Assembly (NCBI GenBank): GCA_964435065.1
Contig: CAYSXS010000003.1
Span: 767-64,766 of the forward strand
Source of the DNA: an uncultured Gammaproteobacteria bacterium
Lineage (GTDB): Bacteria; Patescibacteriota; Patescibacteriia; UBA2196
Direction: 5' to 3'
Length of the DNA stretch: 64,000 bases
The notes under the pieces were generated by a model, which searched no databases, had not been told where the DNA came from, and was given only the letters and a program-made list of their open reading frames with translations. Shown here piece after piece: positions 28,664 through 38,678 of the stretch; the first letter of the stretch is position 1; every line of letters begins with the position of its first letter. A program made the translations under genes and the position numbers.

Positions 28664-29725
28664 CTAAATAATCTTTTTCTGATATTCAACACTCGTAGGA
28701 TAAGCAAATTCTATACCCTCTTTTTTAAATATTTCAAATATTTTTAAATTAATTTCTTGGAGCACGTCTAAATATTCTACATAATCTTGGGAATTGACAT
28801 AAAAAGCAACTTCAAAATTTAAACTAAAATCCCCAAAAGACTTAAAGTGACATCTATCAAATTCTGCTATTTTATTCTGCATTACAATAGCTTCAACTAA
28901 CCTAGGGATATTCTCTAACTTTTGCTTTTCTGTTTCATAGATAACCCCTAAAGTAAATAAAGCTCTTCTTTTTTCTAATCTTTTAAAATTCTGTACTCTA
29001 GTTTCTGTGAGTTCCTTATTACTCACAATCAATTGCTGCCCGTCAGGTGTACGAATTCGAGTAGTCTTAATACCAATTTTTTCTACTTCACCAATATCCT
29101 CTCCAATTTTAATAAAATCACCAACCTGAAACGGTTTATCGATAATGATTGAAAAAGAAGCAAATATATCACCTAATACATTTTGTAAAGCTAAAGCAAC
29201 AGCAATACCGCCAATTCCTAAACCAGCAATTAAAGAAGTAACATCAACCCCTAAATTTCCTAAAATTAATATCAACCCTAGAGACCACAAGATTATTTTA
29301 ATAATAACACTCAAAGTTCTAATAGCTGATTTATTGGCTTCTTCATCTTCTTTTCCACTTTTTAACATTGCTTTGTAAACCACATATTCAATAATCTTCT
29401 GTAAGGCTGAAATGGCTTCGTACACTAAAACTAATAGGAATATGGCTGAAATAACCTTTTCTAATATATCGGGCAACACAAGCGAACGTACGCCCAAATA
29501 CAGAGCTATTAGAAAATATATAGGCGGTTTAATGTTAGATATAATCTCAACAATTGTATCATCAAAATCTGTTTTACTTCTTCCGGCCAGCTTCTTTAAT
29601 CTACCAACAATAATAGTTTTAAATATCTTTAAAACAGCTAAAATCCCTATAAAAATCAAAACAGCTAGTAAATATTCTTTACCAGTATTGCTATAATACA
29701 TATTAGATAAAAAGTCTTGAAACAT
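28664..29725 (-). CDS. MscS mechanosensitive channel
   Basis: AGLGIGGIAVALALQ, DKPFQVGDFI, GIEFAYP; start at MFQDF. Confidence 0.93.
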   Translation of the reverse strand: MFQDFLSNMYYSNTGKEYLLAVLIFIGILAVLKIFKTIIVGRLKKLAGRSKTDFDDTIVEIISNIKPPIYFLIALYLGVRSLVLPDILEKVISAIFLLVLVYEAISALQKIIEYVVYKAMLKSGKEDEEANKSAIRTLSVIIKIILWSLGLILILGNLGVDVTSLIAGLGIGGIAVALALQNVLGDIFASFSIIIDKPFQVGDFIKIGEDIGEVEKIGIKTTRIRTPDGQQLIVSNKELTETRVQNFKRLEKRRALFTLGVIYETEKQKLENIPRLVEAIVMQNKIAEFDRCHFKSFGDFSLNFEVAFYVNSQDYVEYLDVLQEINLKIFEIFKKEGIEFAYPTSVEYQKKII

Positions 29726-29775
29726 ATATTTTATTACCTTTATTGTACAATTCCTTAAGCTTTTAGTCAAAAACT

Positions 29776-29800
29776 AAAAAACCTGGCTTTTGCCAGGTTT
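29776..29800 (-). terminator. Intrinsic terminator after the P-type ATPase
   Basis: AAACCTGGC-tttt-GCCAGGTTT. Confidence 0.7.
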
Positions 29801-29806
29801 AAATAG

Positions 29807-32593
29807 TTATTTTTCCCATCTCAACTTCTTAAATATTAATTTAATAAACTCAATAACTCCAATTACTAGGAAACCTATAAAAAGAACATACGCCCAATGC
29901 CACATCCCAAGTGGCGTTGTATGAAATATTTTTTGTAAAAACGGATTATAAATCGCCAAAGATTGTAAAACAAAACCAAAAGCCACACCACCAACTAAAA
30001 ATTTATTGCTCCAAATTTTGGTTTGCCAAACAGGTTTAGATAAATCACGAACACTAAAAACATACAATAAAGTAGTAATTCCTAATATGGTAAAAGCAAT
30101 AGTGTTAGCTAAAACAAAATTATCTGGCTCTCCTTGCCAAAAAAACCAAAAAGACAAAAGAATAAACGCAGCAATAATTAAACTAATAACTGTAATCAAA
30201 AGTCTATTTTCTCGATCTAATATATCTGTTTCTTTTTTAATTGGCTTGTCCTTCATAACATCACGTGAACATGGATCTTGGGTTAAAGCCAAGGCTGGAA
30301 AAGTGTCATCAATTAAATTAACCCAAATAATTTGTGAAGCTAAAATTGGCAAAGGCCATTTCAAAATCAAGGCAATCACTATAACCAAAACTTCACATAA
30401 AGAATCCGAAAGGAAATATAGAATAATTTTTTTAATATTTTCATAGATAATCCTGCCTTGTTTTACTGCTTCCACAATTGTCTTAAAGTTGTTTTTCAGT
30501 AAAATCAAATCTGAAGCTTCTTTAGCCACATCAGTAGCTGTACCTAAAGCTACACCGATATCTGCTTTCTTTAAAGCTGGGGCATCATTAATTCCATCTC
30601 CCGTCATTGCAACAACAGCGCCTCTTTCTTGCCAAGCATTTACAATCTTTAATTTTTGTTCAGGAGTGACACGAGCATAAAGTTTAATATCTTTAACTTT
30701 TTCTTTTAAATCTGTTTCTGATATTTTTTCTAAATCCTCACCTTCCAAAATATTTTTATCCTCTATTTTAAAACCAACTTCTTCAGCAATAACTTTAGCT
30801 GTAAATTTATTATCTCCAGTAATTACTACAGAACTAATTCCTGCTTTACGGGTAATATCCATTGTTTCTTTAACGTTTTCACGTACAGGATCTTTAATAC
30901 CGACTAACCCAACTAAAACAAACTTAGTATATATATCTGGCATTGTTTGTTTAGTAAGTTTATCTTCTTCAGCCGTCTCTTCCGCTAAACTTTCAATGTG
31001 TTCTTTCATCTTATCATCAGAAATTATTTTAGCTTTAGATGACACTTTTTTGTATCCTAAAGCTAAAACACGCAAACCTTGTTTAGACATATCTTCATAA
31101 GTTTTAACAAACTTCTCACGTTTAGCAGGGGTTAACTCTTTATGGTGATTATCTTTAGTGTAGATATAGTTTGAAAAAAGTAAAACTTTTTCTGGAGCTC
31201 CTTTTAAATATATGATGTTATTATCATCATCAAACTTATTAAGAGTCATCATAAACTTGTATCTCGAATCAAAAGGAATCTCATCTAAACGAGGTGTTTG
31301 TTTTTCTAATTCATTTCTTTCCATACCTAATTGATGACCAGCTAAAAGTAATGCTCTTTCTGTTAAATTACCAACCAAGTGGTCAATCTTTAATTCACCT
31401 TCTCTATGAGCAATATATGCGTTATTACACAATGTACCTATACGTAATACAAAAAGCTGTTCCTCAGCAGCTTCAGAACTAAGTTCTGGTGCTCCACTCT
31501 TCAAATCTATTTTCACATCTTCTGTAACTACTTCTACTACCTGCATCTTTCCTTTAGTTAAAGTACCTGTTTTGTCTGCACAAATAACATTAGTTGATCC
31601 TAAAATCTCAGCTCCAAGTAATTTTTTAACCAAAGCACCTCTTTTCAAAATTCTCTGCATGCCAACAGCTAAAACAACTGTTACAATTACTGCTAATCCC
31701 TCAGGAATAGCTGAGACAGCTACAGCAACAGCTGTAGCAAACATCTCAGAAAATGAATGATTAAAAATTAAACCCAAAAATAAAATTAAAAGAGCTACAG
31801 CTAAAACCATTTTAGTTAAGAATAAAGCGAATTTATTTAACTTCTTTTGTAATGGTGTTTGTTCTTCTTTAACCCCAGCTACTAATTCAGCTATTCTACC
31901 AATAGCTGTTGAAATACCAGTTTCTACTACTACACCCATTCCACTTCCCTGTACAACATTAGTACCCATAAAGGCCATATTAATTCTTTCAGCCAAAATT
32001 GTTTTTTCATCTAAAACCTTTTTCTCCTTATTCCTTGATTCAGATTCACCGGTCAATATGGCTTCATTGATTTTTAAATCAACTATTTTGAATAAACGTA
32101 AATCTGCAGGTACTTTATCTCCTGCAGATAAAATTACTACATCTCCTGGAAATAAATCTTTAGTGTCAACCAATCTTTCTTCACCATTTCTAATAATCTT
32201 AGCTTGTGTAACTACAATCTTTTGTAAAGCTTTTAATGCGTTAGATGTTTTAATCTCTTGCCAGAAGCCTACTATAATATTAATTAAGACAGCTAGAAGA
32301 ATAATGCCCGCATCAATTACATCACCAAGAACTAAACTAATCAATGCTGCTATAACCAAAACCAAAACCATAGCTGATTTCATTTGTGACCACAAAACAT
32401 GCATCCAACCTTCGGCTTCCTTTTGTGGCAACTCATTAGTTCCACAATGAGCCCTCTTGCTTTTAATTTGTTTATCTTCCAGCCCCTTTTCCGAAGAACT
32501 CAAACGATCAAAGGTTTCTTCCAAATTAAAACTCCACCACTTTACTTCACGTGGCTTTTCTTTTTCTTCTGTTTTGTCTTTTATCTTTAACAT
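29807..32593 (-). CDS. Cation-transporting P-type ATPase (Ca2+/P2 type)
   Basis: LTGES, PEGL, DKTGTLT, KGAPE, TGDGINDAPAL. Confidence 0.95.
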   Translation of the reverse strand: MLKIKDKTEEKEKPREVKWWSFNLEETFDRLSSSEKGLEDKQIKSKRAHCGTNELPQKEAEGWMHVLWSQMKSAMVLVLVIAALISLVLGDVIDAGIILLAVLINIIVGFWQEIKTSNALKALQKIVVTQAKIIRNGEERLVDTKDLFPGDVVILSAGDKVPADLRLFKIVDLKINEAILTGESESRNKEKKVLDEKTILAERINMAFMGTNVVQGSGMGVVVETGISTAIGRIAELVAGVKEEQTPLQKKLNKFALFLTKMVLAVALLILFLGLIFNHSFSEMFATAVAVAVSAIPEGLAVIVTVVLAVGMQRILKRGALVKKLLGAEILGSTNVICADKTGTLTKGKMQVVEVVTEDVKIDLKSGAPELSSEAAEEQLFVLRIGTLCNNAYIAHREGELKIDHLVGNLTERALLLAGHQLGMERNELEKQTPRLDEIPFDSRYKFMMTLNKFDDDNNIIYLKGAPEKVLLFSNYIYTKDNHHKELTPAKREKFVKTYEDMSKQGLRVLALGYKKVSSKAKIISDDKMKEHIESLAEETAEEDKLTKQTMPDIYTKFVLVGLVGIKDPVRENVKETMDITRKAGISSVVITGDNKFTAKVIAEEVGFKIEDKNILEGEDLEKISETDLKEKVKDIKLYARVTPEQKLKIVNAWQERGAVVAMTGDGINDAPALKKADIGVALGTATDVAKEASDLILLKNNFKTIVEAVKQGRIIYENIKKIILYFLSDSLCEVLVIVIALILKWPLPILASQIIWVNLIDDTFPALALTQDPCSRDVMKDKPIKKETDILDRENRLLITVISLIIAAFILLSFWFFWQGEPDNFVLANTIAFTILGITTLLYVFSVRDLSKPVWQTKIWSNKFLVGGVAFGFVLQSLAIYNPFLQKIFHTTPLGMWHWAYVLFIGFLVIGVIEFIKLIFKKLRWEK

Positions 32594-32623
32594 TCATCCT
32601 TATTATATATCATTTTAGGGAAT

Positions 32624-32657
32624 AAAAAAACCCACATCGTATTGTGTACAATGTGGG
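32624..32657 (-). terminator. Intrinsic terminator of the T9SS-CTD gene
   Basis: Minus strand CCCACATTGTA...TACGATGTGGG-TTTTTTT. Confidence 0.75.
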
Positions 32658-32685
32658 ACAATCTCTTTGAGATTGTTTAAAGAAC

Positions 32686-34095
32686 TTATTTCAACAGAAT
32701 CATTCGCCTCGAAGAAACAAAATCACCTGCTTGGATGCGACAGAAATATATGCCGCTTGGTAGCTCCGTTGCGTTCCATTCAGTCTTATAATCTCCGGCT
32801 GTCTGTTGTTCAGAGACTAATTCAGCAACTTTCCGACCATTAACGTCATAAATAACCAACTCAACATGATTATCCGCCGGTAAGTTATATTGAATAGTTG
32901 TTACAGGATTAAATGGATTTGGATAATTCTGGTGTAATTCAAAATTATTAGGAATACTCTCTACTGCCCCATCGAGCATGTTAATTCCCATAATTTGATA
33001 AAATTTATCCAGATCCAATTTTCCAAAATCTGCTTCAACCTGACTAAGAACCTGTTTTTTTGAAAGATTTTTCGCCAAAGAATTGTTAGCACAACTTGGC
33101 AATTCAAAGGATCCTATTAATAATTGGCAATCCTGAGTTACTGGTAACATGTATGCCCGGCCAGGTTCAAGGGTATCGGTTTCAACACAAACTTGTCCGC
33201 CGTCGATATAAAATGCAACGGGCATGAACGAATTAACAGGAAAACTGTTAATTCCTCCATTAATTGGTGTTCCTTTTTTTGAATAAGGAACAGCAACCGG
33301 CCACCAACCCTTAACCGCATCCGTAACAATAAAATCTACTGGTCTACCACGACAGGTCCAAACACTACTTGTTAACCCATCACCATTAAAATATATAAGG
33401 TATGGTTCGACAGGATAATAAAGACCATGCCAAATAGGTCTCCAAACACCACTAACAAAAGCAAGTGTTGGCCAATCGTATGGTGAATAATGGCCACCAT
33501 CTTGATATTGAAAATGGTGTACCGGTATAGATGTTGTTCTCATACCCAAAACATCCATTGGTATTTGAAATTGGATATCTTCTCCTATATAAACACGACA
33601 CCTACCTTCAACATCTACTTTCTGAGGAAAGTGTCCTGTCATAAAGAGACAGGAATCCAACGTCACTCTTGCCATTTTTGTCATCAGCGTATCAATCACA
33701 GGAATGGTAATTTCAAGAGTTGTAAGATACCAAAACGAATCCAAATAAGTTGTTCGTTTTCCATTGATAGCAAACCGCCTAACAAAACCAGTTGAATCAT
33801 TGGTTATCTCTTTAAAATTAAATGACATGTTTGTGTCCAAGACACTAGTAAGAAATAATCCGTGGGTCGTGCTTATCTCAAAATAGACAGAGTCTATTGA
33901 GAAGCCGGCTGGGTATTGAACCCAACTATGAAATGTACCCCATCGAATTTCTAAACTTACCAAATCACCAGTCATTGCATGATTTTCCATTGGCCCCATT
34001 GTCATCCATAAGTCCGGTGTGGATTCTTGAGTAAATCCAAAAGAAGAAATAACCAATAATATTAAAATACTACTAACTACGACTCTTTTTACCAT
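32686..34095 (-). CDS. Secreted protein with C-terminal T9SS type A/FlgD-like sorting domain
   Basis: Signal peptide MVKRVVVSSILILLVISSFG; C-terminus FELHQNYPNPFNPVTTIQY...LPSGIYFCRIQAGDFVSSRRMILLK; AGGAGG before ATG 34095. Confidence 0.85.
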   Translation of the reverse strand: MVKRVVVSSILILLVISSFGFTQESTPDLWMTMGPMENHAMTGDLVSLEIRWGTFHSWVQYPAGFSIDSVYFEISTTHGLFLTSVLDTNMSFNFKEITNDSTGFVRRFAINGKRTTYLDSFWYLTTLEITIPVIDTLMTKMARVTLDSCLFMTGHFPQKVDVEGRCRVYIGEDIQFQIPMDVLGMRTTSIPVHHFQYQDGGHYSPYDWPTLAFVSGVWRPIWHGLYYPVEPYLIYFNGDGLTSSVWTCRGRPVDFIVTDAVKGWWPVAVPYSKKGTPINGGINSFPVNSFMPVAFYIDGGQVCVETDTLEPGRAYMLPVTQDCQLLIGSFELPSCANNSLAKNLSKKQVLSQVEADFGKLDLDKFYQIMGINMLDGAVESIPNNFELHQNYPNPFNPVTTIQYNLPADNHVELVIYDVNGRKVAELVSEQQTAGDYKTEWNATELPSGIYFCRIQAGDFVSSRRMILLK

Positions 34096-34153
34096 AACAA
34101 AGTCCTCCTGAAAAATGAATAAATATAATGAATTAAAAACGTACTGTGTGCAT

Positions 34154-34182
34154 ATATTAACATTTATACACCTTTTTGTCAA
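34154..34182 (-). promoter_or_regulatory. sigma70-type promoter
   Basis: TTGACA-17 bp-TAATAT with extended TG. Confidence 0.7.
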
Positions 34183-34227
34183 CCCTAAAAAACAAACAAA
34201 AAATGGCTATAATTAGCCAAAATATAT

Positions 34228-34280
34228 ACCCGAATCTAGGTTCGGGTTACTAATTTAGGGGGGAACCTAGGTTCCCCCTA
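34228..34280. repeat. Pair of REP-like palindromes
   Basis: ACCCGAATCTAGGTTCGGGT and GGGGGAACCTAGGTTCCCCC share the core GAAYCTAGGTTC. Confidence 0.65.
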
Positions 34281-34282
34281 CC

Positions 34283-35404
34283 TTATTTAACCTCTTTTAA
34301 TATCAAACTACCTAGATTATACTCTAATTTCTGTCCTGTAAACATGTCTGTGCCTGATATTTGTACATTATCTATAAGTCTAAAATTAGCACTTGTAGGA
34401 ATAAACTCTATTTCAAAGTTAGATTGTATAGTATTTAAAGTATTTAATTCTTTAATTTCCCAGGTTATTATGTTTGAGCCAAATTTTAAAGGTTCTCCTT
34501 TATTAACAACAAAGTCATCTGTCCAATTAATTTGGTCAGATAATTTTATTGTCACCACTACATCTTTAATACGATTTAAATAATTTAAAGGTTGTACAAA
34601 AATTCTTACAGATGTTTCTTCTCCAATTACTGGTGGCCAAGCACCAAATCCTAATTGTTCCCCTTCTTTAGTAAAATATATATAGCTTGCAGAAATTTTT
34701 AAATCACTAGAAACTTTAACTTGCATAGCATCTGTATCTTGTTCAAAAATTTGATTTGAAATTATTCCAGAGATATTTGCTTGAGATGATATTTTTGGAT
34801 TAGAAACAGGTATGATATTTTTAACTTTAAAGATATAGCTTAAACTTACCTCTTCGTTACTTTCTAAACTAGTTAAACTTTCATTCTGTTTTGATGACCA
34901 AATAATATTATTACCCTCTACATCTCCTTGTGTATTTAAAGATTCAAAATCAATTGCTTGTCCTTGTAAATCTACTTTAACTATTACATCTTCCATTATA
35001 TTAGAAGTAATATTTTTAAAAGTTAAAACATATTCCAATTCATCACCTGGCTTAGCAGGCAAAGTCCCCTCTTTGTTAACAAGAAAACTAGCATCTATGT
35101 ATGGCCCATTAATTACTTGATTATGTTTAGGAACAAAAATATTTGGAATATCAAATTGTTTAAATATTAATATTGCATTGGTTATTAATAACAAGATGAT
35201 AATTATGACAAACATAACATCCATTACTAAATGATGTTTTTTCTCACGATAATGTTTATCATAGCGTTTACGCGCAGGTCTAGTAAATACATTCAATGTA
35301 CGAATGTAAATAGGGCGACGTGGTTCTTGTAAGTCGCTTTTTTCAATAATTTGTTCGTCTTTTGAGACGTCAATTATTTCTTTTTTGTTATTATCTTCAT
35401 TCAT
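34283..35404 (-). CDS. Single-TM protein with Ig-like/DUF11-type domains
   Basis: TM then AKPGDELEYVLTFKN, GAWPPVIGEET. Confidence 0.7.
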   Translation of the reverse strand: MNEDNNKKEIIDVSKDEQIIEKSDLQEPRRPIYIRTLNVFTRPARKRYDKHYREKKHHLVMDVMFVIIIILLLITNAILIFKQFDIPNIFVPKHNQVINGPYIDASFLVNKEGTLPAKPGDELEYVLTFKNITSNIMEDVIVKVDLQGQAIDFESLNTQGDVEGNNIIWSSKQNESLTSLESNEEVSLSYIFKVKNIIPVSNPKISSQANISGIISNQIFEQDTDAMQVKVSSDLKISASYIYFTKEGEQLGFGAWPPVIGEETSVRIFVQPLNYLNRIKDVVVTIKLSDQINWTDDFVVNKGEPLKFGSNIITWEIKELNTLNTIQSNFEIEFIPTSANFRLIDNVQISGTDMFTGQKLEYNLGSLILKEVK

Positions 35405-35412
35405 ATATATTT

Positions 35413-37407
35413 TTATTGCATTCCTAATATTTCTACTTGTCCATCATTATCAATATCTACAGCAGCTACTTTAACGCCATTTCTAGATGATGAATCAAAG
35501 GCAAAGAATCCAGGATCTACTAAATGCCCTATTTTATCATAAATCATAATATGAGGACCTCCAGTTCTTCCTGCACCTGTAATTATCTCATCTTTACCAT
35601 CATAATTCAAATCCATACATGTAACATTTACACCACCTCTAAAGTTCTTGTTATATGGAAAAAATCCTGGATCAAACAAATGTCCTGTATAATCAAATAT
35701 CATTACATGAGGACCGCCACCAAAACCTGCTCCTGTTACAATCTCTTTATACCCATTTCCATTTAAATCACCTAAAGCCACTTGTACACCACCTCTAAAG
35801 TTGGGATGATAAGCCATCCAACCTTTATGTAATGTTTCTCCATTATAGTTAAATATCTTAACATTAGGACTTGCTCCATTTTGCGTACCAGTTACAATTT
35901 CTAATTTAGAATCATCTTGAACATTGCCTACAGCAATGTTTATACCTCTTGTATATGATTCCCCGTAAGGATAAAATTTCTTTATTAAAACATCATTTTT
36001 AAATATCTGTATATCTGATTTACCAGCAACAATTTTTTCTTTAACACCATCTTTGTCTATATCAATATTAATTATCTGAACTCCACCAGGAAAATTAGGA
36101 TCGTAAGCATAAAAACCTGCTCTTTTAGAATTTCCTCTTTTATCAAAAACACGGACAAAATCACCATTAGTAAAAACTACATCTGTAATTTCTTCACCTT
36201 CTAATTTACGAAGAAGAATTATTCCATCCTCTGGTTGTAAAGTTACTTTTTTAACCAAACGTCCATTATTAACATTCAGATCTTGTGTCCCACGAATTTT
36301 TTCATAAACACCATTACTACCTAAATCAATTGTTTTAGTTTGATTAGTTGAGTTAACTAAAGCAACGCCATTAGAAAAATCTCTTTGCCACACGCTTGGA
36401 ATATATTTATTATCTGAACCAAATAAATTTTTAGAATCTCCAACAGGTTGTCCTAAATTAATATTGTATTCATCATACCACCAAATAGCTTCGTGTTTAG
36501 CAATTGAATTATCATAACCAAAATATGCATCACCTATTAAACTTGATGTTAAGCCAAAACGCATATTTTGATAATCATTTTGATTCCCTAAACCATTTAA
36601 AACAAACATTTGTGAATAACCAACTTGGTTCTGATTTGTCTTTAAAGCATTCATTGAATCTTGCCAACGTCCACTGCCTTGCCACGGTGTTGGAAAATCT
36701 TCAAACATGCGACCATTAACATTTGATTGGTATTTAATTTCTGATGCGCCATTAATAACAAGGATATATTTTGAACCAAAAGTTTGTCTTGAATTCTTAA
36801 GTAATTTTTCAAACCCCAATTTCCATTGATTATCAATATATCCAGCTGTATCTTTTTTTCTATCATTATTAATATCAATATTTCCATTGTTCGCCCATGC
36901 AATCCCCGGATCAACCATGTCATAAAAAATACCATCCCATAATCCTGTATCTAAAACTTTACTTTTCACATATCCAGGAAACCAATCAGACCAATCACTA
37001 GATACATTAATATTTTTAATTCCAGGCCAAGTTGATATTGTATTTCCACTAGGATCTTTTAACCACCAAGAACTTTTAATTTGTTGTTTTAATTGATAAT
37101 TAAAACTTCTAGTATCACCTAAAGCAGAAGTGTTAACACTCTGAGCTGGAGTATATGCCAATATTTTTATGTCTGGATTCTTACTTCTTGCATAATTAAA
37201 AAAAGCCTCATTGTACAATTGAGTATCAATAGGCAAAATAACTAGGTCATATTTAGCTAAACTATCATAATCAAAGCTTTGATCTGATGATAGATAATAG
37301 TTAGCTAACTTAGGATAATCCAAAACAGCTGAACCCTGTTCAGCGGAAACAAAAAAACCTATTAAAAATAGGCTAAAGATAAGGATATATCTACTTAATA
37401 TTTTCAT
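35413..37407 (-). CDS. Exported putative glycoside hydrolase with FG-GAP/VCBS repeats
   Basis: LAKYDLVIL, WDGIFYD, WQRDFSNGVALVN; repeated GDLNGNG/EIVTGAGFGGGPHV. Confidence 0.8.
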   Translation of the reverse strand: MKILSRYILIFSLFLIGFFVSAEQGSAVLDYPKLANYYLSSDQSFDYDSLAKYDLVILPIDTQLYNEAFFNYARSKNPDIKILAYTPAQSVNTSALGDTRSFNYQLKQQIKSSWWLKDPSGNTISTWPGIKNINVSSDWSDWFPGYVKSKVLDTGLWDGIFYDMVDPGIAWANNGNIDINNDRKKDTAGYIDNQWKLGFEKLLKNSRQTFGSKYILVINGASEIKYQSNVNGRMFEDFPTPWQGSGRWQDSMNALKTNQNQVGYSQMFVLNGLGNQNDYQNMRFGLTSSLIGDAYFGYDNSIAKHEAIWWYDEYNINLGQPVGDSKNLFGSDNKYIPSVWQRDFSNGVALVNSTNQTKTIDLGSNGVYEKIRGTQDLNVNNGRLVKKVTLQPEDGIILLRKLEGEEITDVVFTNGDFVRVFDKRGNSKRAGFYAYDPNFPGGVQIINIDIDKDGVKEKIVAGKSDIQIFKNDVLIKKFYPYGESYTRGINIAVGNVQDDSKLEIVTGTQNGASPNVKIFNYNGETLHKGWMAYHPNFRGGVQVALGDLNGNGYKEIVTGAGFGGGPHVMIFDYTGHLFDPGFFPYNKNFRGGVNVTCMDLNYDGKDEIITGAGRTGGPHIMIYDKIGHLVDPGFFAFDSSSRNGVKVAAVDIDNDGQVEILGMQ

Positions 37408-37463
37408 GTTTTTAAGTACCATTAACATCCTTTATTATATCAAAAATAATCTAGTTTGTCAAG

Positions 37464-38678
37464 TTAAGGCTTAAAAACAAGGTTTATGAGTGTTTTATAA
37501 TATTCTACTGGATTATTGTTATTTAAAACAAATTTTTTAACTTTCTCTCCTTCTTTCTGAACCACTCTACTATTTTTCCATAAATATTCAATCTTGTTTA
37601 TCAAATCTTTTTCATTACTTATATTAAAAAGAAAACCTTTATTTAAAATTATTTCTGGTAACCCACCCATATTACTAACTAATGCTGGTACTCCTAAAGA
37701 GTAGCTTTCTAAAATAGATAAAGGATAATTTTCATACCACTTAGATGGGACAACAATAAAAGAAGAATTAGAAATATATGAAGATAATTCTTCACCACTT
37801 TTGTACCCAAGTAATTCTACATTATCTAAATGATATGATTCAATTTGTAATTTAATTTTTTCCTCTTCAGGACCACTACCAATAATTTTTAAATTAACAT
37901 TTGGTAAATGTTGCATTGTATTTATTAAAACATCAATCCCCTTTTCTGTAGACAAACGACCAAAGTACAAAACATATTTTTCATTGAAATCTTTTTTAAT
38001 ATTTTTATTCAAGGGATTAATAAAATATGGCAAATGAATTAATCTTTTTTCATCCCAACCAGCCTGAACAAATTTTGTATACATGAATTTGCTTGGACAA
38101 ATTACCATATCAATGTTCTTACGGTAAACATTTAAAACCGAATGATGCCACCAAGTTTCTAAACCTGAAATCAAACTAGCTGAAAAAGAATTCCTAACAC
38201 ATCTATCTGAAATACATCTTAAAAATTTGTGACCACAAATTTTATCATAAACCTTTCCCCTAACAAACATGTTTTTATTTGGAGATAATAGCCCATAATC
38301 ATGTGCAACTAAAACAGTTTTAATTTTATTTTTCTTTAATACTGATAAAATTGAAGGTGAAATTTGATGATAAAAATTATGTAAAAAAGCCACTTCTGGT
38401 TTTTCTTTTTTAATAAGTTTCTTAATTTTTCTTTTTGCTTCACATGACCAAAAAAACCTACTAGCTGTTCTAATGCTTTGCCATATATTTGTAGATTTTT
38501 CTGTTTGAATTTTAGAAACAAAATATTTATCATATTTTGTTTTAAAATTCTTCTCATGTTTCATTGCAAAAGGAATAACTGTATTTCCTTTTTTTTCAAG
38601 TAATCTTGAAAGTTCAAAGTAGAAGCGTTCTGCCCCACCAGCTATATAATGAAACTTGTTAATATTTAATATCTTCAT
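37464..38678 (-). CDS. Glycosyltransferase family 4
   Basis: GGAE, YFGRLSTEKG, PSKWYENYPLSILES. Confidence 0.93.
   Translation of the reverse strand: MKILNINKFHYIAGGAERFYFELSRLLEKKGNTVIPFAMKHEKNFKTKYDKYFVSKIQTEKSTNIWQSIRTASRFFWSCEAKRKIKKLIKKEKPEVAFLHNFYHQISPSILSVLKKNKIKTVLVAHDYGLLSPNKNMFVRGKVYDKICGHKFLRCISDRCVRNSFSASLISGLETWWHHSVLNVYRKNIDMVICPSKFMYTKFVQAGWDEKRLIHLPYFINPLNKNIKKDFNEKYVLYFGRLSTEKGIDVLINTMQHLPNVNLKIIGSGPEEEKIKLQIESYHLDNVELLGYKSGEELSSYISNSSFIVVPSKWYENYPLSILESYSLGVPALVSNMGGLPEIILNKGFLFNISNEKDLINKIEYLWKNSRVVQKEGEKVKKFVLNNNNPVEYYKTLINLVFKP

Noticed and set aside
35413-36100. Repeated DNA segments that might be a CRISPR or DGR repeat
   Set aside because: They are in-frame FG-GAP/VCBS protein repeats; no spacers, reverse transcriptase or cas genes are present.
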